Assembly (NCBI GenBank): GCA_041653535.1
Contig: JBAZFH010000001.1
Coordinates: 86,175 to 150,174 of the forward strand
Direction of reading: 5' to 3'
DNA: 64,000 bases
From: Patescibacteria group bacterium
GTDB taxonomy: Bacteria > Patescibacteriota > Patescibacteriia > JACRDY01
Part shown: piece after piece, positions 49,689 through 60,204 of the stretch
Position numbering within the stretch: the stretch's first letter is position 1
Layout of the letters: the number at the start of each line of letters is the position of its first letter
Position numbers and translations under genes: made by a program
The notes under the pieces: model-generated
Told to the model about the DNA's origin: nothing
What the model saw: the letters and a program-made list of their open reading frames with translations, nothing else
Database searches by the model: none

Positions 49689-50357
49689 ATGACTGATTTT
49701 ATAAGAAAACGTTGGCCCAAGATAGTTGTTGCCGTGATATTTGTAGTGTTAGCCGGTACTTTTTTATGGAAATCAAATATCAAAGAAGGTCAGTTGGAGT
49801 GGGGTTCGGTAGAGGGACTTAATCTAACTGATCAGCAAAAACAGCAATACGAAGAAACAGTGAAAAAGTTGGAAGACAGTAACGGCGACAAAAAAAATCC
49901 GACTGCACTTTCTGATTTAGCGCGACTTCGTGATCAGGGCGGTGATCCAGAAGGATCTATAAAAATTTACCAAAAAGCTTTAGCTGAAGAGCCGGACAAT
50001 ACTTTAGTTTTGTACAATTTAGCTGATGTATACTATTCGATAGGCGACTATGGTAAAACAGAAGAAATGTACCGTCGGATAATTAACAATCATCCGCTGG
50101 AGATGCCGGTTTATCGTCGGTTATTTGATTTATATCGAGATAAAATAAAAACTAAATATCCGTCGGTATTGGAAATTTTATTACGCGGTTGGCAGTACAA
50201 TTCCGATCGACCGGCAGAATTTATAAAAATGCTCGCGCTGTATTATAGCGATATGGGAGACATTGAAACTGCTAAACAATATTATCAACAGCTTTTGATA
50301 ATCGAGCCAAATAATCAAGATGCCAGAGATCAGCTCAAGCGTCTTGGAGGGAAATAA
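49689..50357 (+). CDS. Membrane-anchored TPR-repeat protein
   Basis: N-terminal TM plus 3-4 TPR-like repeats ('YQKALAEEPDN', 'LADVYYSIGDYGKTEEMYRR'). Confidence 0.55.
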   Translation: MTDFIRKRWPKIVVAVIFVVLAGTFLWKSNIKEGQLEWGSVEGLNLTDQQKQQYEETVKKLEDSNGDKKNPTALSDLARLRDQGGDPEGSIKIYQKALAEEPDNTLVLYNLADVYYSIGDYGKTEEMYRRIINNHPLEMPVYRRLFDLYRDKIKTKYPSVLEILLRGWQYNSDRPAEFIKMLALYYSDMGDIETAKQYYQQLLIIEPNNQDARDQLKRLGGK

Positions 50358-50428
50358 AATAATTAATAATTACTAATTAATAATATTTTGGTTATTAATT
50401 ATCGGTTCTTAACTCTTTTTTAAAAAAT

Positions 50429-51760
50429 ATGAAAAACAAAATTTTATTTGTCGGAATTTTACTAGCGGCGTTTTTTTGTTTACCTAGCGGATCTTTTGCT
50501 TTTGTTTCGGAGGATTTGACCAGCTATTTGACCCAGACTGTTAATGTTTATCCCGCTACTTGGGACAATTTAGCGATGGACGCGCTAATACCAAATCAAA
50601 AAGAGGACAAAAGCGTTGATGAACTAAACTTTTTTTCAGTCAAAAATACCGGCTCGGCTGATTTTGGCAGGGAATTTGAAAATGTAAAGCTTTGGATTGA
50701 TGCCGGCGCTGTTGGTTGGCAGGGTTGGGGAACGGATAAGGATTTAGGCGAGGCCGCTTATGAAAATTCAATGTGGATTTGGTCGGGATTAAAAGAGCCA
50801 ATACCAACAAATGGCTTGCGAGTTTTTGTTACAGTAGATATTCGGAGCACTCTTTACGTTGATGGACAGCGTATATCCGCAGTGATACCTCAATTGAATG
50901 ATGATAACGCTAATAAAGTTCGAGATGCTGGCGAATATGGTGTTTTTGTTGCCTCAAAAAATAATGGTCCGACTAACAGTGAGTGGGGCTCTACTCCCAG
51001 TGAGCAGGTAAGTCGAAATACTCATGATGTTTGGCAACCACAGCTAATTACTACCAATTTGGTCGAAGGTCAAAAGCTAGAAGGTGTGACCGCTTATAAG
51101 ATTAGCGGTAAGGCCAAAGACCAGGGTACGGCCGGCATTGCTACGATAAAAATAAGTATTAATAAATCTGGTGCTACTGACAACTGGATCAATATTACTG
51201 ATAATGGATCGGCTTTTGCCACTTGGGATTATCAGTGGAGCGATATTACGGATGGCACCTATACTGTTAAGTTAAAAACAGAGGACTATGCGGGAAACAT
51301 CTTAGATAAAAGTTACGGGGTAACTGTTCTTGCCGTTGTTAGTCAGCCAGTGGTTACTACTCCAACAACTGAAGTTGCCGAGAAGGTAAATGATGGTGAA
51401 CTGATAAAAGGCAGCGGTGATCCCAAAGTTTACGTGGTTGCTGATGGTCAGAAACACTGGATTACTACTGGTGAGGTTTTTTTGGGACTCGGCTATCAGT
51501 GGAGTAAGATAAAAGCTGTAAGCGCAATTACGCTTAATAGTTTGGTAACCGGCAGCGATGTTATTAAAGCCTATACTCACTTAAACGGCACCCTGATTAA
51601 ATACAAGACTTATCCGCAGGTTTTTTTGCTTCAATCCGGATATCGCAGACATATTGCTAATGAACAGGTTTTTCTTGGTTTAGGCTACCATTGGGATGAC
51701 ATTATTACTGTGCCAGATACAGAGTATTATCCTGACGGAGAGGAGATTACTACTTATTAG
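50429..51760 (+). CDS. Secreted hypothetical protein with Ig-like middle region and two C-terminal ~50-aa repeats shared with the giant surface protein
   Basis: Signal peptide. C-terminal 'DPKVYVVADGQKHWI...' and 'YPQVFLLQSGYRRHI...'. Confidence 0.45.
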   Translation: MKNKILFVGILLAAFFCLPSGSFAFVSEDLTSYLTQTVNVYPATWDNLAMDALIPNQKEDKSVDELNFFSVKNTGSADFGREFENVKLWIDAGAVGWQGWGTDKDLGEAAYENSMWIWSGLKEPIPTNGLRVFVTVDIRSTLYVDGQRISAVIPQLNDDNANKVRDAGEYGVFVASKNNGPTNSEWGSTPSEQVSRNTHDVWQPQLITTNLVEGQKLEGVTAYKISGKAKDQGTAGIATIKISINKSGATDNWINITDNGSAFATWDYQWSDITDGTYTVKLKTEDYAGNILDKSYGVTVLAVVSQPVVTTPTTEVAEKVNDGELIKGSGDPKVYVVADGQKHWITTGEVFLGLGYQWSKIKAVSAITLNSLVTGSDVIKAYTHLNGTLIKYKTYPQVFLLQSGYRRHIANEQVFLGLGYHWDDIITVPDTEYYPDGEEITTY

Positions 51761-51786
51761 ACAGAAGCTACGATCTAGTAAAATTA

Positions 51787-51810
51787 AAACCCCCGATAAA
51801 AGGGGGTTTT
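51787..51810 (+). terminator. Rho-independent terminator
   Basis: 'aaacccccgataaaagggggtttt'. Confidence 0.6.
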
Positions 51811-51853
51811 AGAAATTGTTTTTTATCTTATTTTGGGGTAAAATGTAAGACAT

Positions 51854-53977
51854 ATGAATAGCTATAAGAAGAGAAGGATTGTTTTTTTGGCGGTTATTTC
51901 TTTGTTTTTATTATCCATGTCTTTTACTGCCTCTGCCATGATGCCAAATGATCCTGATTATTATCAGCAGTGGCATTTAGGTCAAATGAATTTGCCAGCT
52001 GCTTGGGATTATACGCAAGGATCGGAACAAGTAGTGGTGGCGGTGCTCGATACTGGGGTGGATATTACCCATCCTGATTTGTCGCGAAATATTTGGGTAA
52101 ACATGGATGAAATAGGTGAAGATGGTATAGATAATGATGGTAATGGTTATGTCGACGATATTAACGGTTTTGATTTTTTGGACGGTGATGCTGATCCGGT
52201 GCCTAGGATTGATAACGGATATAGCATTGATTCTTTTACCCACGGTACTATAGTCGCTGGTATTTTAGGGGCAGTAGGTAATAACAATGTTGGTATAAGT
52301 GGTGTCGCTTGGAATGTTAAAATCATGCCATTACGGGTTTTAGATAATTACGGTACCGCTGATATCAGACCGACGATTGAAGCGATAAAATATGCTATAA
52401 AAAACGGAGCGGATGTTATTAATCTTAGCTTCCAAGGAATAGAGCAGAGCGATGAATTTAAGAAAGCTTTAAACGATGCTTATAATGCTGGTATTTTTAT
52501 CTCCGCCGCCGCCGGCAACGGCAATGGTTATAATCGCGGCATAGATATGGACAGGTTTCCTTTTTATCCGGTTTGTTATCGTACGTTTAATAGTGACGAG
52601 ATGGTTACCGGAGTCGGTGCTTTGGGCAAAAATAATGTTATCGCTCCTTTTTCTAACTACGGCAAGGAGTGTATTGACCTGATGGCTCCCGGTGAAGATA
52701 TTTTTTCCACCCAGCTTTTCCTGGGTTCCAATGTAGATGTTTTGAATGTTTACTATAGCGGTGGTTGGCAGGGAACGTCAATGGCGGCTCCAATGGTAAC
52801 GGGCGTGGCAGCGTTAATTAAATCAATCAATAAAGATTTTACTCCGGCGCAGATTTATAATTTTTTAATTCAAGGAGCAACCAACATTGACTCAATAAAT
52901 CCTTTGTTGCCAGGCAAGCTTGGTTATGGATTGGTTGATGCCGGCAAGTCGATAAAAGCGGCATATGATTACAACGCCAAAAATTTTTCTAGCACTGTTG
53001 TCGTACCTGCCTTAACGCCGGTTTTGCAGCCAGTGGTTTCAACCGATCCGGCGGTAGCGGTCAAGACATATCTAAGGAATGGTTTAGTGTTTGGCGCTAG
53101 TAGCGGTAATAAACCCTGGGTTAAGATTTTTAATAATTTTGCGCTAGATATTAAAACCTTTCTTGCATATGCTGAAAATTTTAAAGGCGGTGTAAATGTT
53201 GCCGTAGGCGATGTTAACGGCGATGGGCAAAAAGAAATAATTACGGCCCCGGGTAATGGCGGAGGACCGCATATCAGAATTTTTGATCAAGAGGGAAATA
53301 TTATTAGTCAATTTTTTGCTTATAGCACCAAATTTTCCGGAGGTGTTAATTTAGCGGTTGGTGATGTTGATGCTGACGGTGTGGAAGATATTATTACTGC
53401 CCCGATGGGTCAGTATCAGCCAGAAATAAAAATTTTTGATTTACTAGGTGAAGAAAAAAATAATTTTTTAGCTTACGATGTTAAATTTAATGGCGGCGTA
53501 AGCGTTACTACCAGCGACGTTAATCTAGATGGTACAAGCGAGATAGTAACTGCTCCGAGTAAGGGCGGAGGACCGCATATTCGTATTTTTAATCAAAGTG
53601 GTAAAGTGATGGGGCAATTTTTTGCTGATGATAAAAAATATCGCGGCGGGATCAAGGTAGCGGCGGGAGATGTTGACGGTGATTATCATGATGAAATAGT
53701 AGTTAGTCGTTTGGGAGTCGGAGAATATTTGGTGAATATTTACGACGTAGCAGGAAGTTTTAAAAATCGTTTTTTTTCGTTTGGCACAGAATACGCCAGC
53801 GGAATTAATCTCGCGGTTGGTGACTACGACTTTGACGGACAACTGGAGATCGTCACGACCAAGACGAACGTGTTTCCGACGGTAAAAATTTTCGATAATA
53901 ACGGTGTTATCAAAACCGAATTTTCCGCTTTTAGTCAAGATTACAAAGGTGGTGTAAATGTTGCTATAATAGATTAG
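51854..53977 (+). CDS. Subtilisin-like serine protease (peptidase S8) fused to C-terminal FG-GAP repeats
   Basis: Signal peptide. Catalytic Asp 'VAVLDTGV', His 'HGTIVAGI', Ser 'GTSMAAPMVTG'. At least 6 FG-GAP repeats ('GD.NGDG..EI..AP..GGGPHIRIF'). Confidence 0.85.
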   Translation: MNSYKKRRIVFLAVISLFLLSMSFTASAMMPNDPDYYQQWHLGQMNLPAAWDYTQGSEQVVVAVLDTGVDITHPDLSRNIWVNMDEIGEDGIDNDGNGYVDDINGFDFLDGDADPVPRIDNGYSIDSFTHGTIVAGILGAVGNNNVGISGVAWNVKIMPLRVLDNYGTADIRPTIEAIKYAIKNGADVINLSFQGIEQSDEFKKALNDAYNAGIFISAAAGNGNGYNRGIDMDRFPFYPVCYRTFNSDEMVTGVGALGKNNVIAPFSNYGKECIDLMAPGEDIFSTQLFLGSNVDVLNVYYSGGWQGTSMAAPMVTGVAALIKSINKDFTPAQIYNFLIQGATNIDSINPLLPGKLGYGLVDAGKSIKAAYDYNAKNFSSTVVVPALTPVLQPVVSTDPAVAVKTYLRNGLVFGASSGNKPWVKIFNNFALDIKTFLAYAENFKGGVNVAVGDVNGDGQKEIITAPGNGGGPHIRIFDQEGNIISQFFAYSTKFSGGVNLAVGDVDADGVEDIITAPMGQYQPEIKIFDLLGEEKNNFLAYDVKFNGGVSVTTSDVNLDGTSEIVTAPSKGGGPHIRIFNQSGKVMGQFFADDKKYRGGIKVAAGDVDGDYHDEIVVSRLGVGEYLVNIYDVAGSFKNRFFSFGTEYASGINLAVGDYDFDGQLEIVTTKTNVFPTVKIFDNNGVIKTEFSAFSQDYKGGVNVAIID

Positions 53978-53980
53978 TTA

Positions 53981-54373
53981 GTGCTTATGTTATTTCAATT
54001 AATAAGGTTTTGCCTGGTAGGGGTTGCCAATACAGCCATAGATTTTACGATTTACCTTTATTTGACCAGAGGTTGGGACTTTTGGGGCGAGCAATATTTG
54101 TTTGCTAATATCGTAGCTTTTGCTACAGCTAATGTTTTCAGTTTTATTATTAATAAAACCTGGACTTTTCATGACGAGAAGCGCTTAAGTTACCAGCGGC
54201 AATATTTGAAATTTTTATTGGTTAGTTTGGCGGCGCTTAGTATAGTAGAGACGTGTTTGTATATTAGTGTTGACGTGTTTGGCTGGTATGATTTAGCAGG
54301 AAAGGCAATTGGGATAGCGTTGTCATTACTTGTAAGTTTTTCCTTGCATCGAGTCTGGACTTTTAAAAAGTAA
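53981..54373 (+). CDS. GtrA-family membrane protein
   Basis: 130 aa with 4 TM. 'RFCLVGVANTAIDF' and 'INKTWTF' are typical GtrA features. Confidence 0.7.
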   Translation: MLMLFQLIRFCLVGVANTAIDFTIYLYLTRGWDFWGEQYLFANIVAFATANVFSFIINKTWTFHDEKRLSYQRQYLKFLLVSLAALSIVETCLYISVDVFGWYDLAGKAIGIALSLLVSFSLHRVWTFKK

Positions 54374-54444
54374 TAATTGAAATAATAATTTAATTTTTTG
54401 TCCCTTTGGGACATCTCCTGGACGGAGATAATTTTTGTATCTTT

Positions 54445-55443
54445 ATGTCAGCTAATCGTAAAAATATTTTAGTTACCGGAGGAGCCGGTTTTTTGGGTTC
54501 GCATTTGTGTGACCATTTAGTTCAATATCACAACGTTGTTTGTGTGGATAATTTTGTTTCTGGATCACAAAGCAATATCAATCATCTTTTAAGCAATCCT
54601 AATTTTGAATTTATTAAACATGATATGGTCGAACCGCTTGATTTGGAAAAATTTCCCGAATTAGATAAGTTTAAAGTTAAGGTTGTTGGTATAGCTGAGA
54701 TTTACAATCTTGCCTGTCCAACGTCAGTAAAAAATTTCGAACCTCAGCGGATAAAAACTTTAGAAACTAGCAGCTGGGGTACACATAATGCTTTAGAGGT
54801 GGCTTTAAAATACAAAGCGAAGTTTTTTCATGCTTCTTCTTCCGTGGTTTATGGACCGCGAATAAATGGTAGTAAGTTTTTTAGTGAAGATGTTGTTGGC
54901 AGCGTTAATATGATGTCTCCGCGGGCTTGTTATGACGAAGGGAAGAGATTCTCCGAGTCAATTGTTAATACTTATCATCAGGTATATAGTCTTGATACTA
55001 AGATTGGCAGAATATTTCGCACCTATGGTCCGCGCATGCCTCTTTTTGACGGACAAATGATTCCGGATTTTATTACCAATGCTCTCGACGATAAAGATTT
55101 GGTGATTTATGGCGATAAAGACTTCAAAACGTCTTTAGTTTACGTTTCCGACGTTATTGACGGAATGATTAAAATGATGGAGTCTTCCGAGTCCGGTCCA
55201 ATAAATTTGGGATCTCCCGATGAATTTAGCCTTTATCAGGTAGCGGAGACAATAATCAAAATGATTGGATCAAAGTCAAAAGTAACTTTTGAAGATCCAT
55301 TGTTGTTTATGAGCCAGTTGGGATTACCAGATATTACTCTTGCTAAAGAAAAATTAGGTTGGTTGCCGGTGGTGAGACTGGAAGAGGGATTGCAAAAGAT
55401 TATTGACTATACCAAAGCGGAAAAAGGCGTTGTCAGTATATAA
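54445..55443 (+). CDS. NAD-dependent epimerase/dehydratase, UDP-glucuronate decarboxylase (UDP-xylose synthase)-like
   Basis: 'ILVTGGAGFLGSHLCDHL' Rossmann motif. 'NPNFEFIKHDMVEPL' closely matches the UXS 'NFELINHDVVEPL'. Confidence 0.7.
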   Translation: MSANRKNILVTGGAGFLGSHLCDHLVQYHNVVCVDNFVSGSQSNINHLLSNPNFEFIKHDMVEPLDLEKFPELDKFKVKVVGIAEIYNLACPTSVKNFEPQRIKTLETSSWGTHNALEVALKYKAKFFHASSSVVYGPRINGSKFFSEDVVGSVNMMSPRACYDEGKRFSESIVNTYHQVYSLDTKIGRIFRTYGPRMPLFDGQMIPDFITNALDDKDLVIYGDKDFKTSLVYVSDVIDGMIKMMESSESGPINLGSPDEFSLYQVAETIIKMIGSKSKVTFEDPLLFMSQLGLPDITLAKEKLGWLPVVRLEEGLQKIIDYTKAEKGVVSI

Positions 55444-55446
55444 ACT

Positions 55447-56118
55447 ATGTCTCAAATTTTTATAGTTGTTCCGGCGTATAAGGAAGAAAAAAATATCGTC
55501 GCTACTCTCGATGACCTGAAGAAATATTATCCGGTACAAAATATTATCGTCGTAGACGACGGCTCGCCAGACAAAACTTATGATTTGGCTAAACTAAGTG
55601 GTGTAAAAGTTTTACGCCACTTAATTAATCGTGGCCAAGGAGCGGCTCTTCGTACCGGTACACAGTACGCGTTGGATAACGGTGCTGACGTTATTGTTCA
55701 TTTTGATGCCGACGGTCAACATCAGGCAAGAGAAATAAGCGAATGGATAAAACCAATTGTTTCCGGCGAAGTCGATGTTGTGCTTGGATCAAAGTTTTTG
55801 GGTAAAAAGGCAAGGAATTTACCACTCAGTAAAAAAATACTTTTTAAAATTATTATTCCTTGGCATAATTTATTTACCGGGTTACATTTAACTGATTTGC
55901 ATAATGGCACTAGGGTTCTCTCTCGTGAAGCAGCGGAAATGATTAAAATCACACAAGATCAAATGGCGCATAACTCAGAGATTCAAAGTGAAATTGCTAA
56001 ACATCGTTTGCGTTATCGCGAAGTGCCGGTAGAAATTATTTACAATCAATACGGCAGGGGAGTAAAAACCGCTATAAAAATTTTTAAAGATTTAATAAAA
56101 AAAAGTATAGTTGGTTAA
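55447..56118 (+). CDS. GT2 polyisoprenyl-phosphate glycosyltransferase (GtrB/Dpm1-like)
   Basis: 'IVVPAYKEEKNI', 'VVDDGSPD', DAD 'HFDADGQH'. Confidence 0.8.
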   Translation: MSQIFIVVPAYKEEKNIVATLDDLKKYYPVQNIIVVDDGSPDKTYDLAKLSGVKVLRHLINRGQGAALRTGTQYALDNGADVIVHFDADGQHQAREISEWIKPIVSGEVDVVLGSKFLGKKARNLPLSKKILFKIIIPWHNLFTGLHLTDLHNGTRVLSREAAEMIKITQDQMAHNSEIQSEIAKHRLRYREVPVEIIYNQYGRGVKTAIKIFKDLIKKSIVG

Positions 56119-56124
56119 AAAAAT

Positions 56125-56445
56125 ATGATGATTAAAATTTTGTTACTCATTTTTATCTTGTTCGTTTTACTACGCACTGTTTTTCGTTTTGTAAAAAAGG
56201 AAATCCGCGGACGCGAGCTATTAGCTTGGTTAATCTTTTGGCTATTAGTTGGTGCGGCGGTAGTTTTGCCGCAGACGACCGATGTGCTGGCAAATAAACT
56301 AGGCGTCGGTCGTGGTGCTGATCTATTGGTTTATGTTTCGGTATTAGTCTTATTTTACATTGTTTTTCGGATTTTAGTACGACAGGAAAGGATCGAGCGG
56401 GAAATAACCAGGGTGGTGCGGGAAATAGCGGTGAAAGATAAGTAA
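56125..56445 (+). CDS. DUF2304-like small membrane protein (commonly paired with GtrB-like GT2)
   Basis: 106 aa with 2-3 TM and a charged C-terminal tail. Its position directly after the GT2 gene fits the usual pairing. Confidence 0.45.
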   Translation: MMIKILLLIFILFVLLRTVFRFVKKEIRGRELLAWLIFWLLVGAAVVLPQTTDVLANKLGVGRGADLLVYVSVLVLFYIVFRILVRQERIEREITRVVREIAVKDK

Positions 56446-56499
56446 AAAATTAAAAGTAAAAAGTTAAAAATATTTTTACTTTTTATTTCTCTGAAAAAT

Positions 56500-57558
56500 A
56501 TGGATGTTGCAATTATACTAATCAACTATAAAGACTATGCCCGTAGATACCTCGCGGAGTGTATTGCTAGCGTGCGAGCGCAAAAGTATAGCGGTTCTTT
56601 TAAGGTTATTATTGTTGATAACGAATCGAGTCAGGAAACGGTTGATTATATCAAAAACGTGGCGCCAGAGGCGGAAATTGTGGTTAATAAAAATAATGAC
56701 GGTTTTGCCAAGGGCAATAACGATGGTGTTAAAAAAGCAATTGAGCTTGGTTTTCAGTATTTTGTTTTGCTTAACATGGATACAGAAGTAGAGAATGATT
56801 GGCTGCAAAAACTAGTCGATGCAGCCGCAAAGTTGGATAATTGGGGTGCGGTACAGTCGCGAGCAATGCTGTACTCGGATAAAAATAAAATAAACACATT
56901 GGGAAACAGTTTGCATTATCTAGGTTTTGGTTTTTCCTCCGGCAGCGGAGTCGATTACATTGCCCCAACTACTAATTACCACCTACCAATCGTCATCACG
57001 TATTTCTCCGGAGTTTCTGTTTTGCTTCGCAGGGACGTCCTAGAAAAAGTTGGTATGTTTGACGAAGAATTTTGGATGTATCACGATGATTTGGAATTAA
57101 GCTGGAAAATACGTTTGGCTGGATATAACCTTTATTTGGCGCCGGATTCGGTGGTGTATCACAAATACGAGTTTGCCAAGAGCATCAAGCAGTATTACTG
57201 GATGGAGCGGAATCGTTTTATATTTTTTCTTACCGTCTTTCATCCATTAACAATAATACTACTTTTGCCGATGTTTATGGTGATGGAAATCGGGTTAATA
57301 TTTTTTTCGATTAAGGGAGGATTTTTAGGAGAAAAAATAAAAGTTTATCAATGGATTATCGAAGCGGATAATTGGCGCTATATCAAATTACGGCGAGCAA
57401 AGATAAGAAAAATCAGAAAATTAAAAGACAGGGATTTAATAAAACATTTAGTAAGTAAAATAGAGTTTCAGGAGATAGACAATCCGCTTTTACGCGATAT
57501 AGCTAATCCGATCATGACCGCATATTGGTGGATAGCGAAAAAAATAATTATTTGGTAA
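56500..57558 (+). CDS. Glycosyltransferase family 2
   Basis: 'VAIILINYKD', 'IIVDNESS', 'LNMDTEV' (DxD-like), with a C-terminal TM segment. Confidence 0.75.
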   Translation: MDVAIILINYKDYARRYLAECIASVRAQKYSGSFKVIIVDNESSQETVDYIKNVAPEAEIVVNKNNDGFAKGNNDGVKKAIELGFQYFVLLNMDTEVENDWLQKLVDAAAKLDNWGAVQSRAMLYSDKNKINTLGNSLHYLGFGFSSGSGVDYIAPTTNYHLPIVITYFSGVSVLLRRDVLEKVGMFDEEFWMYHDDLELSWKIRLAGYNLYLAPDSVVYHKYEFAKSIKQYYWMERNRFIFFLTVFHPLTIILLLPMFMVMEIGLIFFSIKGGFLGEKIKVYQWIIEADNWRYIKLRRAKIRKIRKLKDRDLIKHLVSKIEFQEIDNPLLRDIANPIMTAYWWIAKKIIIW

Positions 57559-57560
57559 TT

Positions 57561-58700
57561 ATGAAAATAGCTCAAGTTGTTTGTACCTTTCCTCCCTATA
57601 AAGGCGGGATCGGCAACGTCGCCTTTCACTATAGTTTAGAATTGTCTAAAATAGGACACGAGATTGTTGTCTTTATTCCTCATTATAAAAAAAGCGAGCA
57701 TCAGTTTTTAAATTTTAAGTTAAAAAGTTTTGTTCCTTGGTTGAGTTATGGTAATGCCGCTTTTTTGCCGCAACTTTTTTGGTCGTTACGAGATTTTGAT
57801 ATTATTCACCTTCATTATCCTTTTTTTGGTAGCGCTTTGCCGATTTATTTTCTCAAAAAAAAATATCCAGAAAAAAAATTGGTGCTGACTTATCATATGG
57901 ATGTGGTTGGTGGCGGCCTACTGGGTAAATATTTTTCCTGGCATACCAAAAAATTAATGCCTAAAATTATCAGGATAGCGGACAAAGTGATTGTTACTTC
58001 TCTTGACTATGCTAAAAATTCAAATATTGCTGAGGAAATAAAAAAAGATCAAAAAAAGTTTGTTGAAATACCGCTAGGTGCTAATCTTAGTATTTTTCAT
58101 AAGCAGAAAAAAGATGACGCGCTGGTAAAGAAATATCAATTAAAGACCGGAGAAAAAATAATATTATTTGTTGCCGCGTTAGATGCCGCGCATTATTTTA
58201 AAGGGTTGAATTATTTATTAGAAGCCATGTCAAAGATTAAAACTCCCGCCAAATTAGTGATTGTTGGCCGCGGGTCAATGCATGATTGTTATATAGCTCA
58301 GGTAAAAAGATTGGGCTTGGCGGATCGGGTTTTATTTGCCGGATATGTCAGTGATTTTGATTTGGCAAGATATTATAATTTCGCTAACGTTTTTGTTTTG
58401 CCTTCAGTTGATAAGTCAGAAGCATTTGGCTTAGTCTATGTTGAGGCTATGGCTTGCGCAACACCGGTAATTGCGTCGAATTTAGCTGGTGTTCGCACGG
58501 TGGTTGACGACGGTCTAACAGGGTTTTTGGTCGAACCGAGAAATGTTTCTGATCTGGCGGATAAAATAGATAGAATATTAAGTAACGACAGTTTGGCGCA
58601 AAAAATGGGGGAAGCTGGCGCGGAGAAAGTAAAAGAAAAATATACTTGGCCGGAAATAGCCAAACAAATAGACAGGGTTTATCGAGAGGTGGTTAGTTAA
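57561..58700 (+). CDS. Glycosyltransferase family 4
   Basis: 'EAFGLVYVEAMACATPVIAS'. Confidence 0.75.
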   Translation: MKIAQVVCTFPPYKGGIGNVAFHYSLELSKIGHEIVVFIPHYKKSEHQFLNFKLKSFVPWLSYGNAAFLPQLFWSLRDFDIIHLHYPFFGSALPIYFLKKKYPEKKLVLTYHMDVVGGGLLGKYFSWHTKKLMPKIIRIADKVIVTSLDYAKNSNIAEEIKKDQKKFVEIPLGANLSIFHKQKKDDALVKKYQLKTGEKIILFVAALDAAHYFKGLNYLLEAMSKIKTPAKLVIVGRGSMHDCYIAQVKRLGLADRVLFAGYVSDFDLARYYNFANVFVLPSVDKSEAFGLVYVEAMACATPVIASNLAGVRTVVDDGLTGFLVEPRNVSDLADKIDRILSNDSLAQKMGEAGAEKVKEKYTWPEIAKQIDRVYREVVS

Positions 58701-58763
58701 AAATTATAAGTTTTTTGTCTAAAGTGGAGTAGTTTTTGGCGTAAAAAATAATTATTATTTTTT

Positions 58764-59861
58764 GTGAAAATTTGCATTATAAATAGTTTATACACTCCTT
58801 ATTATCGTGGCGGGGCGGAGTTGGTGGTTAAAAAAGATGTTGATCGACTAAAAAGCTACGGTCATGAAGTTTTTGTTATTACGGTTTGTCCCTGGGAGGG
58901 TCGGAAAAGTATGAAACCGAAAATAGACGAAATTGAAGGAGTTAAAATTTATCGTTTTTATCCGTTCAATTTGTTTTCCTTTGTTAATATAAATAAAAAA
59001 CCGATGTGGTTGCGCCTGCCATGGCATTTTTTTGATATTTTTAATATTCATTCTTATTTTACGGTCAAAAAGATCTTGCAACGGGAAAAAACTGATTTGG
59101 TTTTAACTCATAACCTTAAAGGTATCGGTTATACCGTTTGGCGGGCAATCAAAGATTTGAAAATAAAAAATACTCATATTATTCACGACGTTCAGCTGGT
59201 CGTGCCCTCGGGGCTTTTGTTGTTTGGCAGGGAAAAGATAGTTAATGGAATTTTTTATAAAATTTATAGCGCAACTTGTCGCTTGCTAATCAATTCTCCT
59301 GATGAGGTGATTTCGCCGTCTCGGTGGTTGCTGGATTTTTATACTCAAAGAGGGTTTTTTAAAGATTCTAAAAAAATAGTCAATCTGGCTTTCGGCGCTC
59401 TGCCGGAAGTAAAACAGTTAAATCTTGAACCGCAAAAAGAAACAATAAAGTTAATTTATGTCGGGCAGATCGAAGATCATAAAGGGGTTGTTTGGTTGGT
59501 GGAAATTTTAAAAAAAATAGAAACTGATAAATTAAGAAATTGGAAACTAGACATTATTGGCGATGGAACAAAATTAGCTGATATTAAAAAACTGGTTATA
59601 AAAGATAAGCGGGTTACAATCTATGGACGAGTTGAGGGGAGAGATCGGGATGAATTGATCAAACAAACCGATTTTGTGGTGGTGCCGTCATTGTGTTATG
59701 AAAATTCACCAACGATTATTTCGGTTGCTTTGGGTTTGGGTATACCAGTGCTGGCCGCGAAAATTGGGGGTATTCCGGAGATGGTTAAAGAGGGTGTCGA
59801 CGGATGGCTGTTTACGCCAAATAACAGCAATGATTTTTTGGAAAAAATTTTTAAATTTTAG
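58764..59861 (+). CDS. Glycosyltransferase family 4 (GTG start)
   Basis: N-terminal 'YRGGAELVV' and C-terminal 'YENSPTIISVALGLGIPVLAA'. Confidence 0.7.
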   Translation: MKICIINSLYTPYYRGGAELVVKKDVDRLKSYGHEVFVITVCPWEGRKSMKPKIDEIEGVKIYRFYPFNLFSFVNINKKPMWLRLPWHFFDIFNIHSYFTVKKILQREKTDLVLTHNLKGIGYTVWRAIKDLKIKNTHIIHDVQLVVPSGLLLFGREKIVNGIFYKIYSATCRLLINSPDEVISPSRWLLDFYTQRGFFKDSKKIVNLAFGALPEVKQLNLEPQKETIKLIYVGQIEDHKGVVWLVEILKKIETDKLRNWKLDIIGDGTKLADIKKLVIKDKRVTIYGRVEGRDRDELIKQTDFVVVPSLCYENSPTIISVALGLGIPVLAAKIGGIPEMVKEGVDGWLFTPNNSNDFLEKIFKF

Positions 59862-60204
59862 GTCTATTTTTTAACCTTGTTTTCTTATCCACAGGGGGTC
59901 GAGAAAAATGTTTTTTTTGATAAAAAGCGACACTATAAAAAGACAGTATTTTGGCGACGAAAGCTGTCTTTTGCTAAATATTTGACAGTACTACATCTAG
60001 TGTTATACTAAAAACATAGACACAATATATTGGGTTGATTGAAAAAATAGCATTTCACCACGGCAGCATTTTTTAAATCACCCTAAAAAACAAAAATAAA
60101 AATATTTCTGAATTTTTTAGGGGTAAAATTAGCCAAAATATTTGGGGGGATAAAAAGTACCCACTCTAGGGACTTTTTTTAACCCTCAAAATTTCTAAGA
60201 TTTT

